DNA of 64,000 bases, from positions 1 to 64,000 of the forward strand of contig CBDAVP010000005.1 of NCBI GenBank assembly GCA_965201075.1, given 5' to 3'. This stretch comes from Isosphaeraceae bacterium (GTDB lineage: Bacteria > Planctomycetota > Planctomycetia > Isosphaerales > Isosphaeraceae). Under the pieces are notes generated by a model. That model searched no databases. It was not told where the DNA came from and saw nothing but the letters and a program-made list of their open reading frames with translations. Shown piece after piece: positions 8,982 to 20,826 of the stretch. Position 1 is the stretch's first letter; each line of letters begins with the position of its first letter. Made by a program: the position numbers and the translations under genes.

Positions 8982-10931
8982 ATGTCCGGGCCGCCCGTGT
9001 TTCCTCGACCCTCCGTTTGCAACCTCTTGCCCTTCGTTGCGTTACTGGGTGTGTACCTTTCCGTCCAGGGGTATCAGAGTCTCGACGGCGATCAGGCCTA
9101 CCGGCTACCCCTACTTCTGCACCTACAGAATCCCGCCCTCTACGCCAGCGACCCGTTTGTTCGGGCTTTCGATGCGTTCAATCCCCACCGGGGCTATCTG
9201 GCGCTGCTTGACGTCGCGAGTCAACCGTTGGGGTTAACGGTTGCGCTGTTCGTGCTGTTCACGCTGACGTTTGCCGGAATGGCACTGGGCATCTCGGGAC
9301 TCGCTCGCGCCACCTGGGGCGGGGCGTCCGGCGTGGGTGCGATCGCGGTCGGTCTGGTCTTGCTGGATCGGGCGGGGAATGTTGGCACGAACCAGCTGTT
9401 CGATGGGATGCTGCTGGATCGGCTGATCGCCCTGGCCCTGGGGTGGATGGCCCTGGCGGTCGCTTTGGCTGGGTGCCGAGCGGGTTGGTGGCTTGGGTCG
9501 CTGGCAATTGGGGTCGCGGCGTGCCTCCATCCGTCAATGGGATGGCAACTTGCCGCGCTACTGGCAACCGGATGGATCGTCTGGGCCGGGTTGGGAGCGA
9601 CGTCGGGCGTTTCGAGTCGAGACACCTGCCGGGCTCTGGCCGCGCTCTTCCTCGCCATGATGCCGGCTCTTTGGCTGCACGGTGGCAGCGCGGGTGCCTT
9701 GTTCCGAGGGCTGCCTCTTGAGGATTTTTTTCTCCTCTCGGCGTCGGTCCAGAGCCCCCAGCACATGCTGCCGCATCTTTGGCGAACCCCTCAGTGGTTG
9801 GCCTGGGGGTCCACAATGCTCCTCGCCGGAGTCTCCCTCTGGCTCGTGGGAGGTGATGGCCAGGCCGCTCGGAGGAAATTGGGAGTCTTGCTGGCGATCA
9901 ACCTGATGGCCCTGGGCGTTGCCTGGATCGCGGTCGAAGTTTGGCATGACGCCCGAATCACCCTGTTTCAGCCGTTCCGGATGGCGACGGTGGCTCGGGG
10001 ACTGGCGTTGGTGGCGTTGGCCGGACACATCCGCTCGCTCCTGTCCCGAGGCGACGTTGAGGGTAAGGTCCGTTCCTGCTGGATCGCCGCGGGTTTGACG
10101 GGGGACTGGACCCTCGTGGTCGTGACTCTGGTGGAAGTGGCCTGTTTGGCGGCCGAACGGTTCGCCCCCCGAGTGACCAGGGCCGTCGGCCTCGGAGAGA
10201 TGGCGGTGGGGATCGCGTTTCTGAGTCGTCATGACACCGAGTCGGGACAGTTCGCGATTCTCGGCGCGACTCTCGTCGCCGTGGTTGGCCATCGGTTGAC
10301 CACGCGGGTCGGCTTCTCCTGGACGCCCCGACGCCTGGCCTGGACGACCGCCGTGGCCTGGGCCTTGCCGATCGCCGCCGCCGTGGTGCCTCAAATTCCA
10401 GCGCTGAGCGAATCCTCGCTGGCCCAGCACCTTTCCCAACGGTGCCGGTTCGGCGAGCGACCCAAGGATGACCTGGAACGGCTGGCGTTATGGTGTCGCG
10501 AGCAGACCCCGGCCAACGCCCGATTCATCGGCCCCCCCGGCCCGAAAACCTTCCGCCTCTGGTCGCGTCGCGACATCGCGTTCAACCGAGCGGGAAGTCC
10601 CTACCACGCCGAAGGTTTGGCCGACTGGGCGGCTCGCTTTCGGGAGCACGTCGGATTCCATGGCACGAACGAGGCCTTCGCTCGGGCCTATCTGGCCGAT
10701 CGTCAAGGCTTGGAACGCCGCTACCTATCGTTCGACGCGGCGGAACTGGCCGAGCTGGCGAGGCGTCAAGGGGCCACGTATGTCCTGGCCGGCCCGGGAA
10801 AAGCCGCCCCGGGGGGCCCACTCGAACTTCGGAAGTCCGAGGGGCGTTACGCGGTTTACCGATTGCGGGACCAGATTGCCCACGACGATCCCACCGAGCC
10901 TTGCTCGATCGCGGCCGTTGGTCGCGAGTGA
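8982..10931 (+). CDS. Large polytopic membrane protein, possibly a GT-C-like glycosyltransferase (DUF6798-like)
   Basis: N-terminal TM then DGDQ..LP..NPALYASDPF, many TM helices with an HP motif, and a soluble C-terminus (WCREQTP..F..PP..FRLWSRR). Confidence 0.65.
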   Translation: MSGPPVFPRPSVCNLLPFVALLGVYLSVQGYQSLDGDQAYRLPLLLHLQNPALYASDPFVRAFDAFNPHRGYLALLDVASQPLGLTVALFVLFTLTFAGMALGISGLARATWGGASGVGAIAVGLVLLDRAGNVGTNQLFDGMLLDRLIALALGWMALAVALAGCRAGWWLGSLAIGVAACLHPSMGWQLAALLATGWIVWAGLGATSGVSSRDTCRALAALFLAMMPALWLHGGSAGALFRGLPLEDFFLLSASVQSPQHMLPHLWRTPQWLAWGSTMLLAGVSLWLVGGDGQAARRKLGVLLAINLMALGVAWIAVEVWHDARITLFQPFRMATVARGLALVALAGHIRSLLSRGDVEGKVRSCWIAAGLTGDWTLVVVTLVEVACLAAERFAPRVTRAVGLGEMAVGIAFLSRHDTESGQFAILGATLVAVVGHRLTTRVGFSWTPRRLAWTTAVAWALPIAAAVVPQIPALSESSLAQHLSQRCRFGERPKDDLERLALWCREQTPANARFIGPPGPKTFRLWSRRDIAFNRAGSPYHAEGLADWAARFREHVGFHGTNEAFARAYLADRQGLERRYLSFDAAELAELARRQGATYVLAGPGKAAPGGPLELRKSEGRYAVYRLRDQIAHDDPTEPCSIAAVGRE

Positions 10932-10976
10932 CACGGGGCCAATCGCCCCTCGGCGATCCGCCTGGGTTGCTGGTCC

Positions 10977-12236
<1,260 letters not shown>

Positions 12237-12303
12237 GATTCGACCTCGGTGTCCGTCGTTGCTGACTGCCGGGATGCGGGAAGATCCCGGGCCCGTTTTG
12301 ATC

Positions 12304-12921
12304 TTACGACTTCGCAGTGAAACGCCAAGTATAACGGCAACGGTGCGTTCCCGCCCCGGCCGTGATCGCTGCCGTCGCTTGGACCTGAGTCGCCCGCCGG
12401 CCGGCCTCGCCCAAGGTCGCGGAGCCCGGAGGTTCGACGCGAAACGAGAGCCCACGCAAGGGTTGCGGCGCCCAATCGGCGCCCGACCCGTCGGCGGCGA
12501 TCAGGTCGCCGGACGTGGCCTCGACGACATAGGTGCAGGCCAAGGCGGCGACCTCGGCCCGGCAACGATCCGCCACGTCGACCTCGACACTCACGCCAGC
12601 CTCATCCGCCTTGACCGCGAATGAAGCCGAGAAATGATGTGGCCCCGACTGGCCCACCAGCAGGACCATCGGAACGCCAGCCTCATCGTGCAGGTGAATC
12701 TGCTGGTAGGCGGGACTAACGACCCGGGCGGAATCGTCGCGATTAGCGTCTCCCTCGACGGCCCGGACCGTCGCGGGATTGGCTCCGGGAACCGAAAGGG
12801 CGTGCGTCCAACGATCGGCGACCCAAACGAAGTCCAAGCGGAAGTTGGGCAAGACGATCGACCGGCGGCCGTCGTCCTGCTCCGTATCATCGCCTGCCTT
12901 GAAGTGAGTCGAGGGGGTCAC
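12304..12921 (-). CDS. Hypothetical protein, translationally coupled to prfB
   Basis: GTGA overlap with the prfB stop. Fills the gap between prfB and glyA on the same strand. Confidence 0.7.
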   Translation of the reverse strand: MTPSTHFKAGDDTEQDDGRRSIVLPNFRLDFVWVADRWTHALSVPGANPATVRAVEGDANRDDSARVVSPAYQQIHLHDEAGVPMVLLVGQSGPHHFSASFAVKADEAGVSVEVDVADRCRAEVAALACTYVVEATSGDLIAADGSGADWAPQPLRGLSFRVEPPGSATLGEAGRRATQVQATAAITAGAGTHRCRYTWRFTAKS

Positions 12922-14037
12922 GCTTTCTTGGTCTCACCCTTGGCCAACTTCATTCGCAGGTACGAATCGATAAAGCCGTCGATTTCGCCGTCGAGGACGG
13001 ACCGAGGATTGCCGACCTCGTGGTCGGTGCGCAGATCCTTAACAATCTGGTACGGCTGAAGGACGTAGTTGCGGATTTGGCTGCCGAAGGAGATTTCCCC
13101 CTTTTCGTCGTAGACCTTGGCGTATTCCGCCTCGCGCTTCATTTCCTCCAGGCGGATCAGCTTGGCCTTCAGGGTCGCCAGGGCGTAGGTGTCGTTCTTG
13201 TGCTGAGACCGTTCCGAACGGCTCTCGGCGGCGACCCCCGTGGGTAAATGCGTGTAGCGAACGGCCGACTCGGTCTTGTTCTGGTGCTGACCACCGGGGC
13301 CTCCTGCCCGGAAAACGTCGCGCTTCAGGTCGACGTCCTTCAAAACGATGTCGATCGTGTCGTCGACCTCGGGCAACACGTCGACGGAGGCGAACGAGGT
13401 CTGTCGCCTACCGGCCGAGTCGTAGGGGCTGATCCTCACCAGACGATGCACCCCTGCCTCGCCTCGCAAGTAACCGTAGGCATACTCGCCGGTGATGTGG
13501 ACGGTGGCCGCCTGGATGCCGGCGGCGCCGCCTTCCTCGCGGTCGGTGATCTGAGTCTTGAACCGATGGGATTCGGCCCACATCAAATACATCCGCAAAA
13601 TCATCTCGGCCCAGTCGCAGGCTTCGGTCCCGCCGGCTCCGGCGTGAATCGTGACGTGGGCATTGCAGTGGTCGTTGGGCCCCGAGAGCATCGACCGTAG
13701 TTCGAATGCCTCGAAGTCCGCGCGAGCCTGTTTGGAGGCCTGGCGAACGTCGTCGTCAATGCTGGAGTCGCCGGCCTCCTCGGCCATCTCGACCAGCACC
13801 TGAAGGTCTTCGGCCTGGCCGATCAGCGATTCAAACGGTTTGAGGACCCCGTTGAGGGACTTCAACTCGGCGATGGTCGCCTTGGCTTTATCCTGGTCAT
13901 CCCAGAACGAGCCGGCCTCCATCGCGCGGTCCAGTTCGTCGCGGCGAGACTGCTTTTCGCCCAGGTCAAAGAGAGTCTCGAAGTTGGGTGATCTGCTCGA
14001 TCACGGCTCGCGCATCGCGCTTCAGTTCCAGGTCCAT
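12918..14037 (-). CDS. prfB: Peptide chain release factor 2 (programmed +1 frameshift)
   Basis: MDLELKRDARAVIEQITQLRDSL, then CTT TGA C, then the +1 frame DLGEKQ... with GVHRLVRISPYD and GGQ motifs. Confidence 0.97.
13965..13971 (-). other. RF2 programmed ribosomal frameshift site CTTTGAC
   Basis: Canonical CTT-TGA-C at codons 23-24 of prfB. The downstream ORF is in the +1 frame. Confidence 0.95.
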
Positions 14038-14320
14038 CGCGTTCCCATCCCTCGCAATCGGCGTCGACTCGGACGATCTTTCCTTCGCCGGATTCGGCGG
14101 ATCGGCCGTAGCTATTTACTATACCTTCTCGGGGAGGGGCGAAGCCAGCCGAAGCGTCGGACACCTGGATTCCCAAAATTTCACGATTTTGCAAAAAATC
14201 CCTTGCACGGGGACGGGCTCCTGACCAGAATGCGACGCATCCACATCGGCAGATCCCCCAGGGCAGGATGCCCGACGCATCCGGCTCCGTTCGGATCGAA
14301 CCCTCAAGGAGGAGCGGGCC

Positions 14321-14713
14321 ATGTCACGCACGGCACAGTTTCAGATCGGCGCCGGCGATCCTCAGCGGGCGATCGGGTTCTATCGGGGCGTCTTTGGCTG
14401 GAGCTTTCGGCCCAGCGGTGAGGGGTCGGCCGATTCCTGGCTCATCAGCGCCGGGTCCGAGGGGACCGTGTCCATCCACGGTGGCCTCTCCACTCGTCAA
14501 CCGGCCGGCGGCTACATCAGCACAATGGCCGTCGCCTCCATCGACGACTGCGCCGAGAAGGTACGGGCGTATGGGGGTCAGGTGATCGCGGCCAAGGTCG
14601 AGGTCCCGGGCGTTGGGTTTCTTGCCTACTGCAAGGATACCGAGGAAAACCTGTTCGGGATCATGGAGTTCGCTCGGGTGGCCAACTCGACAGGCCAAAC
14701 CCGCGCCGCCTGA
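14321..14713 (+). CDS. VOC/glyoxalase-bleomycin resistance family protein
   Basis: AAGGAGG RBS; FQIGAGDPQRAIGFYRGVFGW..VASID..GG..VPGVGFLAYCKDTEENLFG. Confidence 0.9.
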   Translation: MSRTAQFQIGAGDPQRAIGFYRGVFGWSFRPSGEGSADSWLISAGSEGTVSIHGGLSTRQPAGGYISTMAVASIDDCAEKVRAYGGQVIAAKVEVPGVGFLAYCKDTEENLFGIMEFARVANSTGQTRAA

Positions 14714-14918
14714 TCGGACCGTGTGAACCGCGAGAGCCTCGGTCTCCGGGCGCCATTCCGCGGTCCGCTTCTCATAGGAGTCGCCCATCGACCGCCGCCG
14801 GGCCCATCGGCGGCGGTCGATCCCTCGGGGCGATTTCTGGAAGACCCGAGCCTGTCGACGGTTCCGGTGGGACCCGGAGGCCGTCGTCCCACGGCCACCG
14901 CGAACGCTTCGCGAATCG

Positions 14919-15923
14919 TCAATCCGGCCGGGTGAACGAACCCGACGCCTCAACGTCCTGGGGGAAGTTCACCCGGCGAGCGACCAAATAAAGCGGACGT
15001 TCCCGCACCTGCTGATAAATTCGGACGACGTATTCCCCCAGGATCGCGATCCCCAGCGCGTTCAAAGCCCCCCCAAAACTGGCCGCCAGAGTGATCGACG
15101 TCCAGCCGGGGATGGCCTTCCCCGTGAACAGTTTGTGATAAAGGGCAAACCCACCTAGGCCGACGAACGTCAGGGTGGCCAGGAAGCTGATCGCGTAAAA
15201 AACTGAAAGGGGCACGCTGGAGAAGGAGAAGATCGCGCTTTGCGCCAATCTCCAAAGGCCCCGGAGACTTACGCGCGGCTTGAGGTCATATCGCGCCCCG
15301 CGTTCCACTGGCACGCCGACCTGTTGAAAACCCACCCAGCTCCGCAGACCCGCATAATAGCGGTCGCGGTCGGGCAAGGCGGCGATGACCCGAGCGATCT
15401 TGCCATCGACCAGGCCGAAATTTCCGGCGTCGGCCGGCATCGGCGTGTCGGCGATCGCTGCCAGCGTTCGGTAAAAGGACCGGAACAACATCCGCTTGAT
15501 CGGGCCCTCTTTTCGGTCCACCCGAACGGCGTAGACCACGTCGAAACCCTGCCGCCAATGGTCCAGAAAGGTGACGATCGCCCGGGGATCATCCTGAAGA
15601 TCCGAGTCCATCACCACCACCGCATCGCCCGAGGCATGGGCCAGGCCCGCCTGGACCGCGGCCTGATGTCCAAAATTCCTGGCCAGGTGGACGACCCGGA
15701 CCTCGGGATGTTCCGCCGCCAGGCGATCAAGGACCACGGAACCGCCATCGGTCGAGCCGTCGTCAACGAACACGACCTCCGGCCGCCCGCCAGCAACGAC
15801 GACCGCGTCGACGACCCCACTGCGCAGAGGCCCCAGAACCTCGACCTCGTTGTAAACCGGCAGAACCACCGAGACCAGCGGCCCTCCCTCTGGGATTTGT
15901 CGAGGAGTCATCACAAGGTTCAT
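14919..15923 (-). CDS. GT2 polyprenyl-phosphate glycosyltransferase (GtrB/ArnC-like)
   Basis: VSVVLPVYNE, VDDGSTD, RNFGHQAA, MDSDLQDDP, two C-terminal TMs and GEYVVRIY..RPLY. Confidence 0.92.
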   Translation of the reverse strand: MNLVMTPRQIPEGGPLVSVVLPVYNEVEVLGPLRSGVVDAVVVAGGRPEVVFVDDGSTDGGSVVLDRLAAEHPEVRVVHLARNFGHQAAVQAGLAHASGDAVVVMDSDLQDDPRAIVTFLDHWRQGFDVVYAVRVDRKEGPIKRMLFRSFYRTLAAIADTPMPADAGNFGLVDGKIARVIAALPDRDRYYAGLRSWVGFQQVGVPVERGARYDLKPRVSLRGLWRLAQSAIFSFSSVPLSVFYAISFLATLTFVGLGGFALYHKLFTGKAIPGWTSITLAASFGGALNALGIAILGEYVVRIYQQVRERPLYLVARRVNFPQDVEASGSFTRPD

Positions 15924-16645
15924 CGCCGCAGCACCGCGACCAGGGACAGACCGGTCGGAAGCGTCGCCCACCTCATTGCCCGACGCTCCACGCGAGCCAT
16001 TCCGATCAGAACGCGATTGACCGTTGGCGAGACCTTGGGGAATTCGGCCGTCCGAGCGGCGCCTTCCCGCTTTTCGCGTCCTCGCACGATCAGGGCCGCG
16101 GGAAGTGTGAACGCATTCCAGTGAGACACCCAGGCGACCCGCAACCCGGCCTTTCCGGCCTCGGCCTCCAGCATTTTCCGAGAATACCGGCGATAATGAC
16201 CGAGCATCCGGTCCCAGGGGCCCATCAACCGCTCGTTGGCCGGAACGGTCAGCACCACGGCCCCGTCGGACGAAAGTGCGGCGGCGGCGTGAGCCAGCAC
16301 CTTCGTGGGTTCCGGGACGTGCTCGATAACGTCCAGCAGGACCACCGCCCGCGCCGTCCCCGGCTGAACCGGCCAGGGTTCTTGCAAATCCTGCTCGTGA
16401 ACGTCGGGCAAGGCGGCCTGTCGGCAGTGAGCCACCGCCTCGGACATCAGGTCAAAGCCCCGGACACCGTAACCCGCCTCCTGAAAGGCCAGCAGGTTTG
16501 CTCCGCCGCCGAGTCCCCCCTCGACCAACAGGCCCGGCGGTGGGCACTCCCTTCGCAAGACTTCGAGCACCAATTCCCGTTTGGCCACGTGCCACCAGTA
16601 GGTTCGCTCGATCGCGATCAACTCATCCAGATGCCCCGGGTCCAT
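15920..16645 (-). CDS. Class I SAM-dependent methyltransferase
   Basis: ERTYWWHVAKR, EGGLGGG, LDVIEH, LTVPA and D..LGHYRRY. ATGA overlap with the GT2 gene. Confidence 0.85.
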   Translation of the reverse strand: MDPGHLDELIAIERTYWWHVAKRELVLEVLRRECPPPGLLVEGGLGGGANLLAFQEAGYGVRGFDLMSEAVAHCRQAALPDVHEQDLQEPWPVQPGTARAVVLLDVIEHVPEPTKVLAHAAAALSSDGAVVLTVPANERLMGPWDRMLGHYRRYSRKMLEAEAGKAGLRVAWVSHWNAFTLPAALIVRGREKREGAARTAEFPKVSPTVNRVLIGMARVERRAMRWATLPTGLSLVAVLRR

Positions 16646-16795
16646 GCGATCCCCCCATCGACCGTTCTTCGCCTGAGTCTCCCAGGATACCATCCGGCCC
16701 GATCCAACCCGAGCGGGATTTGCCCCTGCCCGCGAGCCCGAGTATCCTGAACGGACCTTCGGAACCCGCGCAAACGTCCCCGCCGAGACCCGCCG

Positions 16796-18256
16796 ATGTC
16801 CCTCGCCGAGGCCGCCACACTCCCCACACCCTTCCTGACGGCCCTGGAGGCGATTGTGGGCGCCGCCGGCCTGATTCATCAGGCGGACGAACTGGTCGTT
16901 TACGAGTGCGACGGCTACACGATCGAGAAAGATATTCCCGACGTGGTGGTATTCCCCACCACCACCGAGCAGGTCGCCGCGATCGTCAAGTTGTGTAACG
17001 GCCACGACATCCCGTTTGTCCCCCGGGGCGCCGGTACGAGTTTGGCGGGCGGGACCTTACCCGTCGGCGGCGGCGTGATGATCGTCCTCACCCGCATGGC
17101 CAGGATTCTCGAAATCAACATTCGCGAACGCTACGCAAGGGTGCAGCCGGGATTGGTCAACATCCACCTGTCGAGAGCCCTGGCCGGTCAAGGATTTCAT
17201 TACGCCCCCGACCCGTCCAGCCAGGGCGCCTGCACCATCGGCGGCAACGTCGCGACCAACTCGGGCGGACCTCACACGTTGAAGTACGGGGTGACGGTCA
17301 ACCATGTGCTGGGGGTCGAGATGGTCCTGCCCGACGGCTCGGTGGTCCGGACGGGCGGTGTGGTCGAGGACGCTCCCGGCTACGACCTGACCGGCGTCAT
17401 CGTCGGCAACGAGGGGACTTTTGGCATCTGCACCGAGGTCACCGTCGCTCTGACGCGCGACCCTGAGGCGGGCCGGACCCTGCTGGGCGTCTTCGACTCG
17501 GTCGCCGACGCCACCGAGGCCGTCAGTGGCATCATCGCCGCGGGGATCGTCCCGGCGGCGCTGGAGATGCTCGACTCGCTGATGATCCGCGCTGTCGAGC
17601 AGGCCTTTCGCTTCGGCTTTCCGGTCGACGCCGGCGCGATTTTGATCATCGAGATCGACGGGGTCGACGCCGGGCTCGACGCCGAGGCGGAACAGATCGC
17701 CGCCATCGTCCGAGCCCACCGAGGAGGAGTTCAAAAGGCGATTCCCTGGCGGACCCGCAAGGAACCCGAATACGTCGCCATCTGGAAGAGCCGCAAGTCC
17801 GCCTTCGGCGCCATCGGTCGGCTCAGCCCGAGCTATTGCACTCAGGACGGCGTCGTCCCCCGGACCAAACTCCCCGAAATCCTGCGAATCATCACCGAAA
17901 TTGGCGAGCGCTACTCCATCACCATTGGCAACGTCTTCCACGCGGGGGATGGGAACATCCACCCGATCCTGCTGTTCAACGACCGCGACCCCGAGCAGAC
18001 TCGCCGGGTGCTGGACGCCGGCCGCGAGATCCTCGACGCCTGCATCGCCCTGGGTGGCAGTGTCACGGGCGAGCACGGCATCGGCGTGGAAAAGCTGGAA
18101 TTCATGCCCAAACTGTTTTCCCCCGACGACATCGCGGCCATGGTCGCCCTCCGCCACGCCTTCAATCCCCAGGACCGTTGCAGCCCCTCGAAGATCCTCC
18201 CCACCGGAGGCGGCTGCGTCGAGCGGACCAAGCCAGGCCGACACGCCTCGGCATGA
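16796..18256 (+). CDS. glcD: FAD-linked oxidase, glycolate oxidase GlcD-like
   Basis: PRGAGTSLAGG, PDPSSQGACTIGGNVATNSGG, NVFHAGDGNIHP and GEHGIGVEK. Confidence 0.88.
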   Translation: MSLAEAATLPTPFLTALEAIVGAAGLIHQADELVVYECDGYTIEKDIPDVVVFPTTTEQVAAIVKLCNGHDIPFVPRGAGTSLAGGTLPVGGGVMIVLTRMARILEINIRERYARVQPGLVNIHLSRALAGQGFHYAPDPSSQGACTIGGNVATNSGGPHTLKYGVTVNHVLGVEMVLPDGSVVRTGGVVEDAPGYDLTGVIVGNEGTFGICTEVTVALTRDPEAGRTLLGVFDSVADATEAVSGIIAAGIVPAALEMLDSLMIRAVEQAFRFGFPVDAGAILIIEIDGVDAGLDAEAEQIAAIVRAHRGGVQKAIPWRTRKEPEYVAIWKSRKSAFGAIGRLSPSYCTQDGVVPRTKLPEILRIITEIGERYSITIGNVFHAGDGNIHPILLFNDRDPEQTRRVLDAGREILDACIALGGSVTGEHGIGVEKLEFMPKLFSPDDIAAMVALRHAFNPQDRCSPSKILPTGGGCVERTKPGRHASA

Positions 18257-18518
18257 GCCGGAACCGAATTTTCTGGCCCGAAACACGCCTCAACGCTGCC
18301 CCGTGAACCATGGTTGGCCAAGAAGGAGAAGGTGTTCGCGACGACTTTCCTGGGCACCGATTCCCTCGTGTTCTCGATCCGATATCCGCCTCGCAACTGG
18401 GGAGACCGTCGCGACGATATCCCCGCCTGACAACGCCTCCCTCGCCAATGCCTTGTCCGTTCGGACCGTTCGGCCTAGCCTGAACCGTCCGAACCGAATC
18501 ATCGGGGGCGAACTGGCA

Positions 18519-20810
18519 ATGAGGCATTGGGCGATTTTCTCCATCGGGTTGGCCTGGGCACTCGTGGCTGAACCCATCCTCGCGGCCGACGCCACACGGC
18601 CGATCGTCCTGGGCCATTATGCGTCGATGTCCGGGTCCAAGGCGGCCTTCGGCGAGGCGACCGACCGAGCCATTCGCCTGGCCGTCGCCGAGGCGAACCG
18701 CGACGGTGGAATCCTGGGCCGGCACGTCGAGGTCGCCACGGCCGATGACCAGTCCAGCCCCGACCAGGTCTTGCCGGCGGTCCTCGACCTGATCGACCGC
18801 CGACGGGCCGACGTCCTGCTCGGCGAGGTGGCGAGCACCTTGACCCTGATCGGCGCCCCGGTCTGCCAGGAACGGGGCGTGCCGATGATCACTCCGTCGT
18901 CGGTCGCCGCCAGGATCACCCGTATCGGCCCCTGGATCTTCCGCGTCTGCTTCACGGCCGACACTCAGGGACACGCCGCCGCGACCTTCGCCGCGACCGA
19001 CCTGCACGCACGCCGCGCCGCGATCCTGGTCGACCAGGGAAGCGATTATGCCCTCGGCTATGCCCAGGCATTCACGCCGGCCTTCGAGCGTCTCGGCGGC
19101 GAGGTTGTCGGATCGTGGTCGTATCGTGATGGCGACCGCGACTTCAAGGCCCAGCTGTCGGCCATTGCCGCGGCCGGGGTCGACGCTTTGATCGTGCCGG
19201 CGATGTACCACGACGTTCCCGGCATCGCCCACCAGGCTCGGCAGGTCGGCATTCCATCGCCCCTGATCGGCGGCGACGGCTGGGATGCGGCCGAGACCGT
19301 GACTCTTGGCGGCCAGGCGGTGGAGGGGTCGTATTTCACCACGCACTACGCCCCGGACCAGCCCAAATCGCGCATCCGCCAATTCATCAAAGCGTACCGA
19401 ACGGCTTACCACACCGATCCCGACGCGATGGCGGCCCTCGGCTACGACGCCGCTCGGCTGGCTCTCGACGCGATCACTCGGGCCGGCTCGACCGACCCCG
19501 CGGCCATCCGCGAGGCCCTCGCCACAACGTCGAATTTTCCCGGAGTGACCGGCTCGATCACGATGGGGCCTGGCCGAGACCCTTCCAAGAGTGTGATGGT
19601 TCTCCAGATCCGCGAGCGGGGCGTTCATCTGGTTCGTACCATCGAGCCCGACACGCTCAAGACCGAACCTGGAGCGAAGGCAAGAGCTGCCTCTCCAGGA
19701 CGCACGCGGCCGAAGTCTTTTTCGACAATGGCCCTCGCTCAGTTGGTGCTGGATGGACTGGGCCTGGGCGTCATTTACGGCCTGATCGCCGTGGGATACT
19801 CGATCGTCTACGGCATCCTCCGCCTGATCAACTTCGCCCACGGCGACATCTTCATGCTCGGCCCAGCCCTGCTCGTGATGCTCGCCCCCTCTTTGGGACT
19901 GGCCGGGGCATCGGGTCTCGTTGGGATAACGATCACGCTGGCGTTGGCGATGGCTCTAGGAGGATGTGCGGGCGTCCTGCTCGAACAACTCGCTTATCGC
20001 CCCCTCTGGACCCGCCCCGGAGTTGGGAGCCTCTGGGCCTTCGGGCTGGGCTTACCCCTGGTCTCGCTGATCGCCGCATGGGGGTGGCCGACGGCGAGCC
20101 CATGGCTCCGTCCCTTCGCGGTTCTATCGGCCCTGTACGGAATCGCGTTGGGGATGAACCGCCTTGCGACCCGCGGTGAGAGGCAACCGATCGGCAGGAT
20201 GTCGCCACTCATCTCGGCCATCGGCGCTTCGCTGTTCCTGGAGGCCCTCGCCCAGCAACCTCGCCTGTTTGGAAATCGACCCAGAGCCTTCCCGATCCAA
20301 CTCGTTGAGGTTGAATCGTACCGGCTTGGACCCTTGCGGATGGACCAGGCCGACGCCCTGGCGTTCGCCGTGACCGCCGTCGCCCTCGTGGCCACGACCA
20401 CAATGATCCGCAAGACTCGACTGGGACTGGCCATGCGCGCGGTGAGCGACCGGCCCGACGTGGCGATGCTGATGGGCGTCATGCCCGACCGCGTCATCCG
20501 CTTCGCATTCCTGTTGGGCGGCGGCCTGGCGGGGATCGCGGGAGTGCTCTGGTCACTGAAATATCCCACGGTTGACCCCCTGATGGGGATTTTGCCGGGG
20601 CTCAAGGCGTTTGTCGCGGCCGTGCTGGGCGGGATCGGTCGCCTACCCGGCGCGGTCCTCGGTGGCCTCATCATGGGGCTCAGCGAGACCTTGATCGCGG
20701 CCAGCCCCCTTTCTGCCTACAAGGATGGTTTGGCGTTCGCGCTCTTGATCGGAGTCTTGCTCGTGAGACCGGCCGGACTTCTCGGTCATCACCAGCCGGA
20801 TAAAGTTTGA
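18519..20810 (+). CDS. Fusion: branched-chain amino acid-type ABC substrate-binding protein (LivJ/K-like) + LivH-like permease
   Basis: Signal peptide, then an SBP domain (N..GGILG, FRVCF, GGDGWD, ALGYDA, FPGVTG), a polar linker without a stop, and a permease (GYSIVYGILRLINFAHG..LKAFVAAVLGGIG..RPAGLLG). Confidence 0.88.
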   Translation: MRHWAIFSIGLAWALVAEPILAADATRPIVLGHYASMSGSKAAFGEATDRAIRLAVAEANRDGGILGRHVEVATADDQSSPDQVLPAVLDLIDRRRADVLLGEVASTLTLIGAPVCQERGVPMITPSSVAARITRIGPWIFRVCFTADTQGHAAATFAATDLHARRAAILVDQGSDYALGYAQAFTPAFERLGGEVVGSWSYRDGDRDFKAQLSAIAAAGVDALIVPAMYHDVPGIAHQARQVGIPSPLIGGDGWDAAETVTLGGQAVEGSYFTTHYAPDQPKSRIRQFIKAYRTAYHTDPDAMAALGYDAARLALDAITRAGSTDPAAIREALATTSNFPGVTGSITMGPGRDPSKSVMVLQIRERGVHLVRTIEPDTLKTEPGAKARAASPGRTRPKSFSTMALAQLVLDGLGLGVIYGLIAVGYSIVYGILRLINFAHGDIFMLGPALLVMLAPSLGLAGASGLVGITITLALAMALGGCAGVLLEQLAYRPLWTRPGVGSLWAFGLGLPLVSLIAAWGWPTASPWLRPFAVLSALYGIALGMNRLATRGERQPIGRMSPLISAIGASLFLEALAQQPRLFGNRPRAFPIQLVEVESYRLGPLRMDQADALAFAVTAVALVATTTMIRKTRLGLAMRAVSDRPDVAMLMGVMPDRVIRFAFLLGGGLAGIAGVLWSLKYPTVDPLMGILPGLKAFVAAVLGGIGRLPGAVLGGLIMGLSETLIAASPLSAYKDGLAFALLIGVLLVRPAGLLGHHQPDKV

Positions 20811-20826
20811 AGAGGGCCCCCGTACC

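Noticed and set aside
12237..12303. Possible riboswitch before glyA
   Set aside because: Too short, and no ZTP or glycine aptamer signature recognised.
17901..18518. First 206 aa of the 969-aa ORF
   Set aside because: Out-of-frame overlap with glcD; the signal peptide starts at ATG 18519.
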